Position numbers and translations under genes: made by a program. Shown here in pieces: positions 36,003-47,147 of a stretch of 64,000 nt of DNA. The stretch's first letter is position 1; the number at the start of each line of letters is the position of its first letter. The DNA is taken from the NCBI GenBank assembly GCA_943788985.1, contig CALSSJ010000015.1, positions 1 through 64,000 of the forward strand. The letters run 5' to 3'. A model generated the notes under the pieces. The model had not been told where the DNA came from, ran no database searches, and was given only the letters and a program-made list of their open reading frames with translations. The stretch is from an uncultured Lentisphaerales bacterium. Its GTDB lineage: Bacteria; Verrucomicrobiota; Lentisphaeria; JABSQK01; UBA12247.

Positions 36003-36987
36003 TCAAGCCATGTGTTGGGCTTGTTCTCTGGTGACCTGGTGCTCGAGCGGGTGATGGGTAAGATAACGCAAAATGTCGTCAGTCATATAGCGCCCCATGC
36101 GTTGGCATTCCGCATCCATCGATCCAGCAATGTGCGGTGTCAAAGCAATATTCTCAAGCTGATATAGCGGTGAATCTGCTTCAGGAGGCTCTGGATAGGT
36201 CACATCCAAGACCGCTTGGAGGTCTGGGCCGGGCCGTCAATGCCTCGATCATCTCAGGCTCCCGCACCACTCGTCCGCGGGCCGTATTGAGGAAGGTTGC
36301 GCCCTGCTTCATGGAGGCAATGTGTGCTCCGGTAATCATGCCTGCAGTCTCGTCCAGGTTGGGCGTATGCAAGGAGACGACGTCGGCTTCGCGAAAGACG
36401 GCGTCCAAGTTTCGCAGTTCCACGCCTAACGCGGCGGCCTGCTCGTTGTCGACGAAGGGATCGTAGGCGATGACCTGCAGATCGAAGTTCTGCAAATGCT
36501 GGGCGACGAGCCGGGCGATCGCGCCCAGTGAAATCAGGCCGACTTTGCTGCCATAGCCGCCGGCAACGGGAAATCTGGTGCGGGTTTCGTGCGAGCGACA
36601 GGAGCGCTCGTGTTGCCAGCCACATTTCAGGCTAAACAGAATTTGCGACAATGCGAACTCCGCAACCGGGACGGCATTGGCCTTGAACGCAGAGCAGACC
36701 GTGATGTTACGATCCCACACCGCATCGGTGACGAAACCTCGGACAGAACCGGCCGCGTAAAAGATCGCCTCCAGTTTCGGCACTCTGTCAAGAAAGCTCT
36801 CGTCCAGCTTCGGGGCCCCCCAGCTGGACAGAATGATCTCTACATCTTCAATATTGACGTCACCAAGCGCGTCGCTGCGATGTGTGCCAGGCAGGATGTC
36901 CAGCGCGGCCTCTAGCCGTTGCTGGTCTTCCCGGGCATATATTTTATCGCGCGGCTGACCGAGAATATAGATCGCTCGCTTGCTCAT
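36003..36987 (-). CDS. D-2-hydroxyacid dehydrogenase (frameshift near 36220)
   Basis: YAAGSVR, ANA.PVAE, GLISLGAI, NTARG, LDVTYPEP, TPHIAGS. Confidence 0.9.
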
Positions 36988-37006
36988 CTGGCAGTCCGCG
37001 ATTGGT

Positions 37007-38810
37007 TCAGGCTAATTCTGCCAGGACGTCACCTGCGGACACCTGCTCGCCGGGAGCGACCGCGATACTGCGAACCGTCCCGGAAGAAGGAGCATTGACA
37101 GGGATTTCCATCTTCATCGCTTCGAGCACGAGGATTGGGGCTCCAGATTCAATGGCATCGCCTTCGTGGGCGACTAGGCGCATGACCTTGCCGGGCATTT
37201 CGGCCTTTACCTCTACGCTTGGGGCCGGACGCGGCAACGGGTTCAGAGCCAGCTTCAGCTTGGCCGGTGCCGACCTGGTAGCTCTTGCCGTCGATATGGG
37301 CAGTGGCACCATCTATTTTGACGGTGTATGGCTTGCCTTCAACCGTGACGGTGTACGTGCCTGGCGCACCGGGAGTTGCGGACTTCGCAGGTGCGGGCGT
37401 AGCTTTTTCCTTCTTGCGAACGCCGATCTCAGCCTTGCCCTGCAGAAAGTCGATTCCCTTCTGCTTACAGGTGGCGATGATGAAGATATTCTCGTCGGTG
37501 ACAGGAAGACCTTCTTCTTCGAGGCGCTTGCGCGCTGGTGCGATTCCCTTGTTCGGGTCGCGGTCATTGATCTCGATCGGTGATTCGGTGGTCGGCTCCT
37601 TCTTTAGCTGCTCCGAGGCGATCTTCACGATTTCTGGGTCGGGCGGAACTGGTGGCTTGCCGAAGTAGCCAAGAACCATCTCGCCGTACGGCGGTGCGAT
37701 CTGCTTCCAAGGCCCAAACATGACGTTGTTGAACGCCTGCTGAAAGTAGAATTGTGACACTGGGGTGACCGAGGTGCCGAAACCGCCACGCTCGACGACC
37801 TCGCGCATGGCCTTGATCATCTCGGGGTATCTGTCCATGACGCCGTTGTCGCGGAGCATCTGGGTGTTCGCAGTAAGCGCGCCACCGGGCATCGGGCTCC
37901 AAGGAATCATCGGCTCCACGGCAGTAGCTTCCGGTGGCAGGAAATAGTCCGCCATGCATTCTTTGAACACTTCTTCTGCCTCGCGTACCTTCTCTATGTC
38001 TACGTCAAGCTCGTAATCCGTGCCGCGAAGTGCGTGCCACATGACGACCACGTCCGGCTGGCAGGTACCGCCGGAGCAGGGAGCCAGCGAGAGGTCAATC
38101 GCGTCTGCACCTGCATCCAGTGCAGCCTTATTGGAGAGCACGCTGATACCGGCAGTTTCATGCGTGTGATAGTGAATCTCTGTGCCTTCGGGCAACATTT
38201 TCCGGGCACGCTTGATGGTCTCGTAGACCTTGGACGGTACTGCTGTGCCAGACGCGTCTTTGAAACAGACCGAGTCGTAGGGGATCTCCGCGTCTAGGAT
38301 GGCGCGCAGGGTCGCTTCGTAGAACTCGGCATCGTGGGCACCGGAACAGCCCGGCGGGAGCTCCATGAGCGTGACACATACCTGATGCTTCAGGCCAGCT
38401 TCGGAGATGTACCTACCGGAGTCGATCAGATTGTTTACGTCATTCAAAGCGTCGAAATTACGGATCGTGGTCATGCCGTGCTTCTTGAACAGATCGGCAT
38501 GCAGCTTGACGATGTCCCGAGACTGGGATTCCAGGCCGACCACGTTGACGCCGCGCGCCAGCGTCTGCAGTTCTGCATCCGGGCCGGTCGTCTTGCGGAA
38601 GGCGTCCATCATATCGAACGCGTCCTCATTGCAGTAGAAATACAACGACTGAAAGCGAGCGCCGCCGCCCGCCTCGAAGTAGTTGATCCCGGCTGCCTGC
38701 GCGGCCTCGATAGCCGGCAAAAAATCTTTAGTGAATACCCGAGCCCCGTAGACGGATTGGAACCCGTCACGGAACGCTGTGCACATAAAACGAACGGTCT
38801 TCTTACTCAC
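37007..38810 (-). CDS. oadA: Na+-translocating oxaloacetate decarboxylase alpha subunit with biotin carrier (frameshift near 37230)
   Basis: FRDGFQS, CFKD, HTHET, MPGG, VTPVSQ, EAMKME; adjacent to oadB. Confidence 0.85.
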
Positions 38811-38832
38811 AACTAAGTTTCTCCATCGAACG

Positions 38833-39963
38833 TCAATTTCCTAACACAGACAGCAATACACCGGCGGCAACCGCAGATCCGATCACGCCCGCGACGTTGG
38901 GGGCCATCGCATGCATTAATAAAAAATTATGTGGGTCTTCGGCCTGGCCGATTTGCTGCACGACCCGCGCCGAGTCCGGAACCGCGGAAACGCCGGCAGC
39001 ACCCACCAAGGGGTTGATCTTGTCCTTCACGAACAGGTTCATCACTTTGGCTGCGACTACACCACAGGCAGTCGCTATGGCGAATGCCGCGGCACCCAAG
39101 ACGAAGATCTTGATCGAGTCTGCCTTCAGGAAAGTCTGTGCTTGTGTCGAGCAGCCCACAGTAAATCCGAGCAGGATGGTCACGATATCGATCAGCGCAT
39201 TTCTTGCGGTTTCCGCAAGTCTTTCGGTGACACAGCTTTCCTTGAGCAAATTGCCGAGGAACAGCATGCCGACCAGAGTGAGGGCACCGGGGGCGATCAG
39301 CGCACAGATCAGGAAGGCTGCGATTGGGAAGATGATCTTCTCACGCTGCGAGACCTGACGCGGCGGCTTCATCCGGATCAGGCGTTCCTCACGGGTTGTG
39401 AGCAGTCGCATGATCGGCGGTTGGATGACCGGCACCAAGGCCATGTAGGAATAGGCCGCGATTGCAATGGGCCCGACCAGATCCTCACCGGCCAGCTTGG
39501 CAGAGAGGAAGATGGCAGTGGGGCCGTCGGCACCACCGATGATGCCGATCGCGCCAGCTTCATTTGCCGGGAAACCGAGAAATAGAGCACCAATGAAGGT
39601 AAGGAAAATCCCCATTTGGGCAGCGGCGCCCAACAACACTAGGCGCGGGTTGGAGAGCATCGCGGAGAAGTCCGTCATGGCACCAATGCCAAGGAAGATC
39701 AGCGGCGGGAAGATCCCTTTTAGGACGCCAAAGTAGATGTATTTCAGGACGCTCCCTTCATCGTATACACTGAGGGCTATGCCTTCAATAGGCGGGATGT
39801 TCCCGACGATGATTCCGAAGCCGATTGGCAAGAGCAGGAGTGGCTCGTAGTCCTTGCGGATTGCCAGCCCTACGAAAACCATCCCGATCACCATCATGAT
39901 CATGTTGCCGACACTCAGGTTGGCAAAACCGGTCGACGCAAAAAAGCCTTGTAGAATTTCCAT
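38833..39963 (-). CDS. oadB: Na+-translocating decarboxylase beta subunit
   Basis: EPLLLLPIGFG, GIIGGADGPT, AYSYMALVP, HAMAPNVAGVIGS. Confidence 0.96.
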   Translation of the reverse strand: MEILQGFFASTGFANLSVGNMIMMVIGMVFVGLAIRKDYEPLLLLPIGFGIIVGNIPPIEGIALSVYDEGSVLKYIYFGVLKGIFPPLIFLGIGAMTDFSAMLSNPRLVLLGAAAQMGIFLTFIGALFLGFPANEAGAIGIIGGADGPTAIFLSAKLAGEDLVGPIAIAAYSYMALVPVIQPPIMRLLTTREERLIRMKPPRQVSQREKIIFPIAAFLICALIAPGALTLVGMLFLGNLLKESCVTERLAETARNALIDIVTILLGFTVGCSTQAQTFLKADSIKIFVLGAAAFAIATACGVVAAKVMNLFVKDKINPLVGAAGVSAVPDSARVVQQIGQAEDPHNFLLMHAMAPNVAGVIGSAVAAGVLLSVLGN

Positions 39964-40256
39964 CAGTCACCTTCCTGGTTCGTATGGTAGGCGAATGCGA
40001 CTGCCGCGGCGATCTCAGCGCCGGCTGATGAGGTATCCGCGGCCTTGGGCTTGGCACTGCGAACAGGAATGTGCGGCTCTGCCTCTGGCAAAATCTTGTT
40101 TGCCACTATCAGGATCTTAGGCAGGGCAACAATGAACAGGCTGATAAAAATCAACGCGGCAAAGACGATAGCCATCCCAGCAAAAGCAATCTGGAGGCCG
40201 TCGGCGTTGGTAATGTTTTCGAGCTGAAATGGCGTCGGTCTTAGGGCGGCTGCCAT
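39963..40256 (-). CDS. oadG: Decarboxylase gamma subunit
   Basis: GMAIVF..L TM segment, Pro/Ala linker, EIAAAVA. Confidence 0.8.
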   Translation of the reverse strand: MAAALRPTPFQLENITNADGLQIAFAGMAIVFAALIFISLFIVALPKILIVANKILPEAEPHIPVRSAKPKAADTSSAGAEIAAAVAFAYHTNQEGD

Positions 40257-40367
40257 GCGTGCGATCCCAATGTCGGCGAAAAAAAGAAAGCCGAAAAGAT
40301 AGAACTTCGCTTCGCACTGTCAACCTGCGGGGCGCTGAAACGGTTGAAGAAGCCCGCGGACCTGAGT

Positions 40368-40970
40368 CTAGTCGGAGTTTTCGATTTGGTTACTGAGCAG
40401 CTCGGTTATGGGCTCGGAATCCCACCACGTGGCACTGAGAAACCCTTCGACGTGGCCGTCCCCAAACATCACGTTTCCAAAAAGGCCGTCACCCTCCCTG
40501 TCCACGTGGTTGCTGCGTCTGTCGCTGGCTAGGGCGGTGTCAGCCCCGGCGCGTTTCTCGGACTGCGGTCCGCTGACATCCACCACGAACAGGTAGTTAT
40601 TTCCGCAGATGTGATCGTCCGAGGTGATGGTCGTTTCCAGATTCGAACTGGGGCAGTGAAAGGAGCGTGCGGCGGTCATCTCCTCGCTGATGACGAGCAG
40701 ATCCATGGCTTGGAACGACTCACTCGGGCACTCGGCTGGTGTCCCAGTCATGGGAGCTGGAAACCAGAAATCATAAATGATCGCATAGCTGCGCATTGCC
40801 AGACTGATCTGTTTCAGGTTAACCGAGCAGTTCGCCTGCCTCGCCTTCTCGCGAGCCTTTGAGAGTGAGGGAAGTAACATAGTTGCTAGGATTGCGATGA
40901 CCGTAATCACGACAAGTAACTCGAGTAGGGTAAATGGTTTTGTGGTTTTTCGCACTTGCACAGCGTCCAC
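40368..40970 (-). CDS. Prepilin-type N-terminal cleavage / H-X9-DG-like protein (PVC DUF1559-type)
   Basis: [31 protein letters not shown]...C..NLKQI; C-terminal NH...[11 protein letters not shown]. Confidence 0.9.
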   Translation of the reverse strand: MDAVQVRKTTKPFTLLELLVVITVIAILATMLLPSLSKAREKARQANCSVNLKQISLAMRSYAIIYDFWFPAPMTGTPAECPSESFQAMDLLVISEEMTAARSFHCPSSNLETTITSDDHICGNNYLFVVDVSGPQSEKRAGADTALASDRRSNHVDREGDGLFGNVMFGDGHVEGFLSATWWDSEPITELLSNQIENSD

Positions 40971-41043
40971 CTTCTCAGTCGTGTTTGGCAGGTTATGTTA
41001 TGGTAGCTGACTCTTGAGACATACCAAACGCGACTAGGAAAAA

Positions 41044-42109
41044 ATGCGTATTTGCCTAATCTGCAACGAGTACGCGACTACTGCAGCGGGCGGCCAGGGA
41101 TTGGTCATTCGAGCAATGGCCGAGGGCTGGCGCAGCCGAGACCATGAGGTCCGCGTGATTGGCCTTGGCCTTGGCCTTAGTGGCGACGAAGGACAGCTAG
41201 TCGACATACCGGTCGGCCGGTTTAGGGGAGCCTGGCTGGCTGCGCGGCGAAAGCTCTGGAAGCAGGTGCGGGCTTGGGCAAAGGCTGGTGAGATTGATCT
41301 GGCGGAGGTTCCGCTCTCCAGAGGGATGGCAGCGAGTAGCGGCAAGCTGCCGATACCTCTTGTGGTGCGTGCTCATGGCAGTCATGTCTGCCGAGCACAC
41401 TACGCCGGGCGGCGAGCAGGCATGCTGCACAGGCTCCTCGAGCCTTGGTCGTTGGCGCGGGCCGACGCCGTGTCTTCCGTTAGTGAGTTTATGGCAGCCG
41501 AGCTTGTCGAGCGCTTTTGCAGTCCGTCTACGGTGATCTACAATCCGGTCCGGATGCCTGCGCCAGCTGCGAACGACTGGGCTGATCGCGGCCTTGATCT
41601 GATCTATGCAGGCCGGGACGGCTGCGGAAAAGGGCTGCACGAACTGCTCCAGGCCTGGGGGGCGCTGAGTGACCTGCCGCTGCGTTTGCAGCTGTACGGG
41701 CGTGTTGCGCTCACGGACGTCCCCGCTGGCGTGACGGTCCACGGCCCTGTTTCTCAGCTGGAACTCCAGCAGGCGTTCCAGCGCGCACGATATGCAGTGC
41801 TGCCCTCCCGCTTCGAATCTTTTGGCCTTGCCGCGGCTGAGGCGATGGCCTGCGGGGGCCGCTACCATCGTGGCGGCCGGGACCGGTTCGGCAGAACTGG
41901 GGGCGCACGGCGTCCACTGTCTACATGCCAGCTGCGATGGCGACGCAATCGCGGAGGCAGTACGCAGCTTGGTGGAAGATACCGATAGCGCTACGAAGAT
42001 CGCAACGACAGGTGCAGAGCATGTCGCTCTTAGGTTTACGCTGGACCGAGCCCTTGATGAGACGGAAGCGTTCTACCAAGCGACGATCGCCGCGTTTCGC
42101 CGGAGCTGA
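41044..42109 (+). CDS. GT4 glycosyltransferase (frameshift near 41860)
   Basis: VVRAHGS, VSEF, IYNP, KG, LPSRFESFGLAAAEAMACG. Confidence 0.88.
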
Positions 42110-42133
42110 GCATGCCGCACTGACTTATTCTGG

Positions 42134-42955
42134 TCAGTCGATGAAGCCTTCCTCGCGCAACTGTGCGGTGACTTCGGCACGGTACTTTCCGCGCATTTCG
42201 GCATCGAATTTGTGACGCATTTTGGCCAGCTCTGCCTTAAAGATGGTTTCCTGCAGGCGGTCAGCTCGGATCCATCTGTTATTTACCCGGACAAAAAAAT
42301 CCTTGGCAAACGCGCCTCCGACCCGGCGTGCCATCAGGTCACTCCGAAACTGGCTCCTTGGGGTATTAAACTGGCGATCTAAGAAGTGCTGGCGTCGCCG
42401 CTCAATAAACTGCTCGTCGAAATCTTGGTCGGTAGGGGAGAGCATGTCGCGAAACAGGATTAGCTGTGCGTCTACCTTGATCCGGTCAAATTCAACTGCT
42501 CGGACGATCCCGGTGACTGACCCGCGGCGCGTCTTCACTGTGATCTGGGAGCCGACTTCGAACAAAGGATACGCAGTCACGGCCTTTCGGCGAAAGTCTT
42601 CCAGCTTGGCAGTGGGAAACTTGGCTTCTGTTTCCAGATCAAGGAAGGCGCGAAACTCGTCCTTCAGCTGCTCCAACTCCTTCGGAGCCTTGGGGAAGTC
42701 TTCCATTTTGAGTCTGTACCGGTCATAGATAAGCTCAGCGGCGCGCGCGTCTTCGTCGAACTGTGGGCCTACCTTTATCTTGGCCTCCACCCGGGAACTA
42801 GCCAACTGTTTCACCTGGTCAACGTTCAGGCCATTGCGGAGTTCCTCCACCTTCTCCATGCGCGCCTGCTGCTGTGGGGCCGGCTTGCTGCAGGAGACAA
42901 ACAGGACCGCAAGTGCGGAGAGAATTAAAAATTGCCAGTTGAGTCGAGACTTCAC
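42134..42955 (-). CDS. Hypothetical lipoprotein
   Basis: Lipobox FVSC, long ORF, follows the TPR gene. Confidence 0.65.
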   Translation of the reverse strand: MKSRLNWQFLILSALAVLFVSCSKPAPQQQARMEKVEELRNGLNVDQVKQLASSRVEAKIKVGPQFDEDARAAELIYDRYRLKMEDFPKAPKELEQLKDEFRAFLDLETEAKFPTAKLEDFRRKAVTAYPLFEVGSQITVKTRRGSVTGIVRAVEFDRIKVDAQLILFRDMLSPTDQDFDEQFIERRRQHFLDRQFNTPRSQFRSDLMARRVGGAFAKDFFVRVNNRWIRADRLQETIFKAELAKMRHKFDAEMRGKYRAEVTAQLREEGFID

Positions 42956-42961
42956 CTTACA

Positions 42962-45664
42962 TCACGGCTGCGTTTCAGGCTCTAGGTGGATCTGTCGTAA
43001 TGTAGCTGCTTTTTTGGCGGCCTCGTCAGAAACCGGAAGTTTTAGCCGTACGAGTGAGCTGTAGATTCTCTCTGCCTGTGCGTATTCGGCGTCCGCCATG
43101 TACAGGCGGGCGAGGTCAAATCCAGCTCGAGCCGGGTAGTACCAATCTGATGCGATCTCTCCGCCATAGCCGTGAAACAGGGAGCGGTACTCATTCTTGG
43201 CCTTATCGAAGAGCTGCTGCAACTCGTAAATCCTCGCTGCCCGATAGCGCGCCATTTCCGCCAGAGATTTGCTAACGCCAGCATCAATCAGCTCGTTAAA
43301 GTGGATCAGTGCGGTATTGAGCAGTTCGGGGCGATTCGACTCGGTGGCAATAGAGTAATAGCACTCGGCCATGCGCCCGATGGATGCGAAGTATAGCTCC
43401 GTGTTCGGCACTGCCTGAGCTGCTTCCTCAAACCACTCCGCGGCCTGCTCGAACTCACCATTGAGCGTGGCAATGTCCCCGCGCAGGAAGTTCGCCTGTG
43501 CCCGCACGCGAACTGGCGCACTCGCATAATGCGTAAAAATGAGCAAGATGTAGCCTTGGGCCTTCATGAAATCGCTATTCTTTTCCTGCGCCTGGCGGTA
43601 GGCGTTCTTCGCCGCCTCATACAGCGCTAGCGGCGCGAGGTCCGAATTCTTGTAGCGTTTCCGCACTTCCAAAAACATGCTTTCGGCCTGTGAAAACTCT
43701 GCCCGATTCGCGAAGTGGTCGCCCAGCCACAGGTAGACATCCGGCGCCAGATCCGCGTGTGACTCGGCAAAGCTCTCAATAAACCGGAAGGCATCCGCCT
43801 CGGCCTTCTTGGCGCGGCCGAGCTGAAACTGAAGGTAGGCGCGCATATAGAGTGCATCTGGCAGTTGTTCCGTCTCCGCGTAGCGATCCACCACTGCCGT
43901 CAAATGCTTCATCGCGTCATCGGGCAGGTCAGCGTTCACCGCGGATCGCGCGGCATCCATCAGTGCCTGGGGCGCATTGGGGTCGGCCGGAAACTCTGCT
44001 GCAAACTCCGCAAGGGCTTTCATCGCCGGTGCGAAGTCAGCAGTACGGAAGAGTGCCGCTGCGCGCTGGCGGTAAGCATCTCGTCTTTCCTCAGTCGGGT
44101 CAGGACAATCTGCCAGAAACGCGTCAAAGGCGGAGACTGCCTCTCCGTATTCTCGAGCTGCGTAAATCGCCGCTGCAGCTTTGAATTGGGCCCGGCATTT
44201 CAGCGGGCTCTCGATCTCTGCTACCTGCTGAAAACGTGCCGCTGCTCCGAGAAAATCCTGGTTGAGCAGCAGCATCTCGCCTGCCCGATAGAGCGCATCT
44301 GCGCGCGCCGCGTCGTCCTCGGCCAGACTTGCCGCTTCCTCGTACATGCCCATTGCTTCTGCTGGCTTGTTGGCGCTTTGGTGCAGCATGCTGGCCAGTT
44401 CGAAAGCAGCTTGGTAGCGAAGGTTACCCGCGACCAAGGGGTTCTTAAGAACCACGGCATACTCCGTGCTTGCTTCGTCGTAGTGTTGACCTTCGGCCAG
44501 TAAGCGAGCAAGATCGATACGCAGCCGCGGCGTGTCCTCGGCCTCTGGATACAGGCTGATAAAACGTCGAAAATGCCGCAGCGCGTCCGCGGAATGACCG
44601 GCCACCGAGTTGGTCTCGGCAAGATCCAGAAGCAGGCGCTGTTTCTGCCGGTCTTCGCGTACCAGCGGTAAGCTGCGTTCGAGCACAAGAATTGCCGGCT
44701 CGAACTCTCCGGAGCCACGCAGATCCAGAGCAAGCTTGCGAAGAATCAGGTAGTCCTCCGGCTGTTGCACATAGTCCACGGATTTCTCGAAATGCAGCTG
44801 GTAAGTCTCGAAGGCCCCGACAGGATCGTACAGGCTCAGCTTTAACCGAATCTGCTGCAGAGCGAGGACGCGTCGCTCATCGCCCTCAGCAGTTGCGAGC
44901 TGCTGCGTGATCAGCGCGTCGGCTTCCACGTACTCCTCTGCCACTAGGTGTGCGTCTATGAGTGCGCCTCGGGCGATCGAGAGAAGCTCCGGGTCTTGGA
45001 GCGTCCCCAAGTGCGTAGTTAGCATCTCGGTGGCTTCAGCCCACTGCTGCTCCTCGACCAGGCAGTGGCCTAGCCAGATCGCAGCCTCGCTCTGCAAGGA
45101 TGCATCCTTGGCCGTGCGCATCACCTCGCGCAGCAGGGCCATTGCTGCCGGGATCTGCTCGCGATGCAACAGCACACGCGCCCACCAGTACTGCTGGGTT
45201 GCGCTGTAGACTTTATTTCCCAGCATTTCACGCTGTTGCATGTATACCTCGGTCGCCTGCCTCGGTGACTGCGCCGCGAGGTAGCTGGCGATCAACCTGG
45301 TACCAAAATCTGAGACTACTTCCGGGGCCTGAGCGTACATTGCGTGATCAGCGGCCAGCAGAATTAGATCCCAAGATTCCTGATAGAATTTGTTCGCATC
45401 GGCATGGAAGCCACCAGAATACGCGCGATCCGCAGCTTTGCGTAGCTCCCAGATTCGACTCACCTTCGCCGCGGCCGGTACATCTTCCAGCGTACCGTCT
45501 CCCGCTAGCGGTTCGAGCCCTGCCGGTGTTCCCGAGGCAGCAGCTGTTCCCGCCGCAGCCTGGCCAAAGGCCGGAGTCGTCAGCAGCAGGAGCAGGAAAG
45601 GTGCAAGGCAGGCGCGCCGTCCGAGACGCGTGCGAACTCCGCACGCCGCACGCCTGGAATCCAC
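42962..45664 (-). CDS. Large secreted TPR-repeat protein
   Basis: Many TPR-like repeats (ALYRAGE, F...FPADPNAPQAL); probable GTG start at 45664 followed by a signal peptide, overlapping the tilS end. Confidence 0.8.
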   Translation of the reverse strand: MDSRRAACGVRTRLGRRACLAPFLLLLLTTPAFGQAAAGTAAASGTPAGLEPLAGDGTLEDVPAAAKVSRIWELRKAADRAYSGGFHADANKFYQESWDLILLAADHAMYAQAPEVVSDFGTRLIASYLAAQSPRQATEVYMQQREMLGNKVYSATQQYWWARVLLHREQIPAAMALLREVMRTAKDASLQSEAAIWLGHCLVEEQQWAEATEMLTTHLGTLQDPELLSIARGALIDAHLVAEEYVEADALITQQLATAEGDERRVLALQQIRLKLSLYDPVGAFETYQLHFEKSVDYVQQPEDYLILRKLALDLRGSGEFEPAILVLERSLPLVREDRQKQRLLLDLAETNSVAGHSADALRHFRRFISLYPEAEDTPRLRIDLARLLAEGQHYDEASTEYAVVLKNPLVAGNLRYQAAFELASMLHQSANKPAEAMGMYEEAASLAEDDAARADALYRAGEMLLLNQDFLGAAARFQQVAEIESPLKCRAQFKAAAAIYAAREYGEAVSAFDAFLADCPDPTEERRDAYRQRAAALFRTADFAPAMKALAEFAAEFPADPNAPQALMDAARSAVNADLPDDAMKHLTAVVDRYAETEQLPDALYMRAYLQFQLGRAKKAEADAFRFIESFAESHADLAPDVYLWLGDHFANRAEFSQAESMFLEVRKRYKNSDLAPLALYEAAKNAYRQAQEKNSDFMKAQGYILLIFTHYASAPVRVRAQANFLRGDIATLNGEFEQAAEWFEEAAQAVPNTELYFASIGRMAECYYSIATESNRPELLNTALIHFNELIDAGVSKSLAEMARYRAARIYELQQLFDKAKNEYRSLFHGYGGEIASDWYYPARAGFDLARLYMADAEYAQAERIYSSLVRLKLPVSDEAAKKAATLRQIHLEPETQP

Positions 45665-46908
45665 AGAATATGGCCTGCGGTACTTGTGACGATGCACCGC
45701 ACGGCCTTGGGCTTGATGGGCTCCAGAAGTTTCTTGACGCGCACCGGCTCTTGGCCGCCAAACGGAATCATGCGATCTCCGGGCTGCCGCGACCGTACGG
45801 TGAGCGGAGACGGCATCGCTTCGAGAGCGAAATACTCGCCTGGTAGATTCGCGTTCAAGGCACGTCGGGTGGCCGTGAGGACAGTGTCTGCCTCTGGTAT
45901 GTTGATCTGTGACTGTTCGGTCCAATGCCATGTGTAGGAAAACGTGGGTTGCGCGGGCTGGGCGGTCTGCATAACTAACCCGCCGCCGCGGATTCTCAAC
46001 GTGATCCCGAGACCAGTATCAAATTGGAAGCTTGGTTTAACGCCAGATTGGAGGGAATTTCGCAGCTCGCGAATCCGCGTGCCGCGCAGCGGACGAGCCT
46101 CTCCGGCCGCGCGCAGCCAGGCGCGCAGGACTCTAGGCCAAAGCGCATCTGGACAGGCCAGCAGGGCCGGCAAGGCCAGTGCGGTTTGCGTCACGTCGAT
46201 GCGGCTTTCGGCCCAATCACCGAGCGCGTCATCGTCCGCCTGCAGCAAGCTGAGGCTACGCAGCAAGCCAGCCCGGTCCTCGTCCCGAACTAACTCAGCG
46301 AGGATGCGTCGCACGCGGTTGCGCTCAAAACGTTCGTCGCGGTTGGTCGGGTCTATGCAGGCCTCGATCTTGCGCTCCGCCAGATACCGTCCAAGTTCCG
46401 CGCGCGGGATTCCGAGCAACGGTCGTACTAACCGGACGGCCCCAATGCGCACGTCCGCATGCAGGCCGGCGATTCCACCACTGTTGGCACCGCGCAGCAG
46501 CCGCATCATCGCCGTCTCGAAAAGATCATCCTGGTGATGGCCGAGTAGCACGACCAGTTGTGGTTCTCGAGCGGCGCGGTTCTGCCAGTAAGACAGGCGC
46601 AGTCGGCGTCCCGTCATCTCCACGCTTTCTCCCGGCTTGCGCGCCCCAGAGACATCAAGTTGGACGATCTCCAGCGGCACGTTGCGGAGTTGGCAAAACC
46701 TGCGACACCAGCGCTCGTCCGTCTCAGCATCAGCCCGCAGTCCGTGGTTGAAATGCACCGTGGAAACTTCGAGCCCGCCCTCCAGGCAGGCTGCCACCAG
46801 GGCAGTGCTGTCCGGTCCGCCACTCAGGCCCACGACAAAGCGCGCCGTCTCAAATGACGCCCCGGCCAGTGCGCGCAGAATCTGCTCCGGGATGGACTGT
46901 TTATTCAT
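45580..46908 (-). CDS. tilS: tRNA(Ile)-lysidine synthase
   Basis: SGGPDS, HFNHGLR, GHHQDD..ET, RPLL, DPTN, RNRVR, C-terminal R...PGDR. Confidence 0.93.
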   Translation of the reverse strand: MNKQSIPEQILRALAGASFETARFVVGLSGGPDSTALVAACLEGGLEVSTVHFNHGLRADAETDERWCRRFCQLRNVPLEIVQLDVSGARKPGESVEMTGRRLRLSYWQNRAAREPQLVVLLGHHQDDLFETAMMRLLRGANSGGIAGLHADVRIGAVRLVRPLLGIPRAELGRYLAERKIEACIDPTNRDERFERNRVRRILAELVRDEDRAGLLRSLSLLQADDDALGDWAESRIDVTQTALALPALLACPDALWPRVLRAWLRAAGEARPLRGTRIRELRNSLQSGVKPSFQFDTGLGITLRIRGGGLVMQTAQPAQPTFSYTWHWTEQSQINIPEADTVLTATRRALNANLPGEYFALEAMPSPLTVRSRQPGDRMIPFGGQEPVRVKKLLEPIKPKAVRCIVTSTAGHILWIPGVRRAEFARVSDGAPALHLSCSCC

Positions 46909-46975
46909 GCTTTCGGATCCGTCTCATCGTTGAAAGGTGGCGCTTTCTTCGCGATTTGCTATAAAGTTCTCCCTT

Positions 46976-46991
46976 TGGCATGCACCTTGCT
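46976..46991 (+). promoter_or_regulatory. sigma54 promoter upstream of glutamine synthetase
   Basis: TGGCATGCACCTTGCT (GG-N10-GC), about 155 bp upstream of ATG 47148. Confidence 0.7.
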
Positions 46992-47147
46992 TGGCAGGGG
47001 AGCGGACAAGTTGGACCCGAGAAGGCTGCTACAATGTTGTAGTTTTCCCCCGCCGGGGAATACAGAATTGTAACACGTTTTGGTAGCTTTTGCGGAGTTC
47101 GCAGTTGAACGGTGCTATGCACCAGACCAAACACAGGAGTCTCAGAA

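Noticed and set aside
269..42109. Many frameshifted genes (sufD, sufS, flotillin, pspA, ctaA, plsC, arsC, traB, oxoprolinase, oadA, GT4) as pseudogenes or programmed frameshifts
   Set aside because: These are single-base indels in otherwise intact, often housekeeping genes with no shared slippery motif seen. Uncorrected long-read error is the simplest explanation; needs read polishing.
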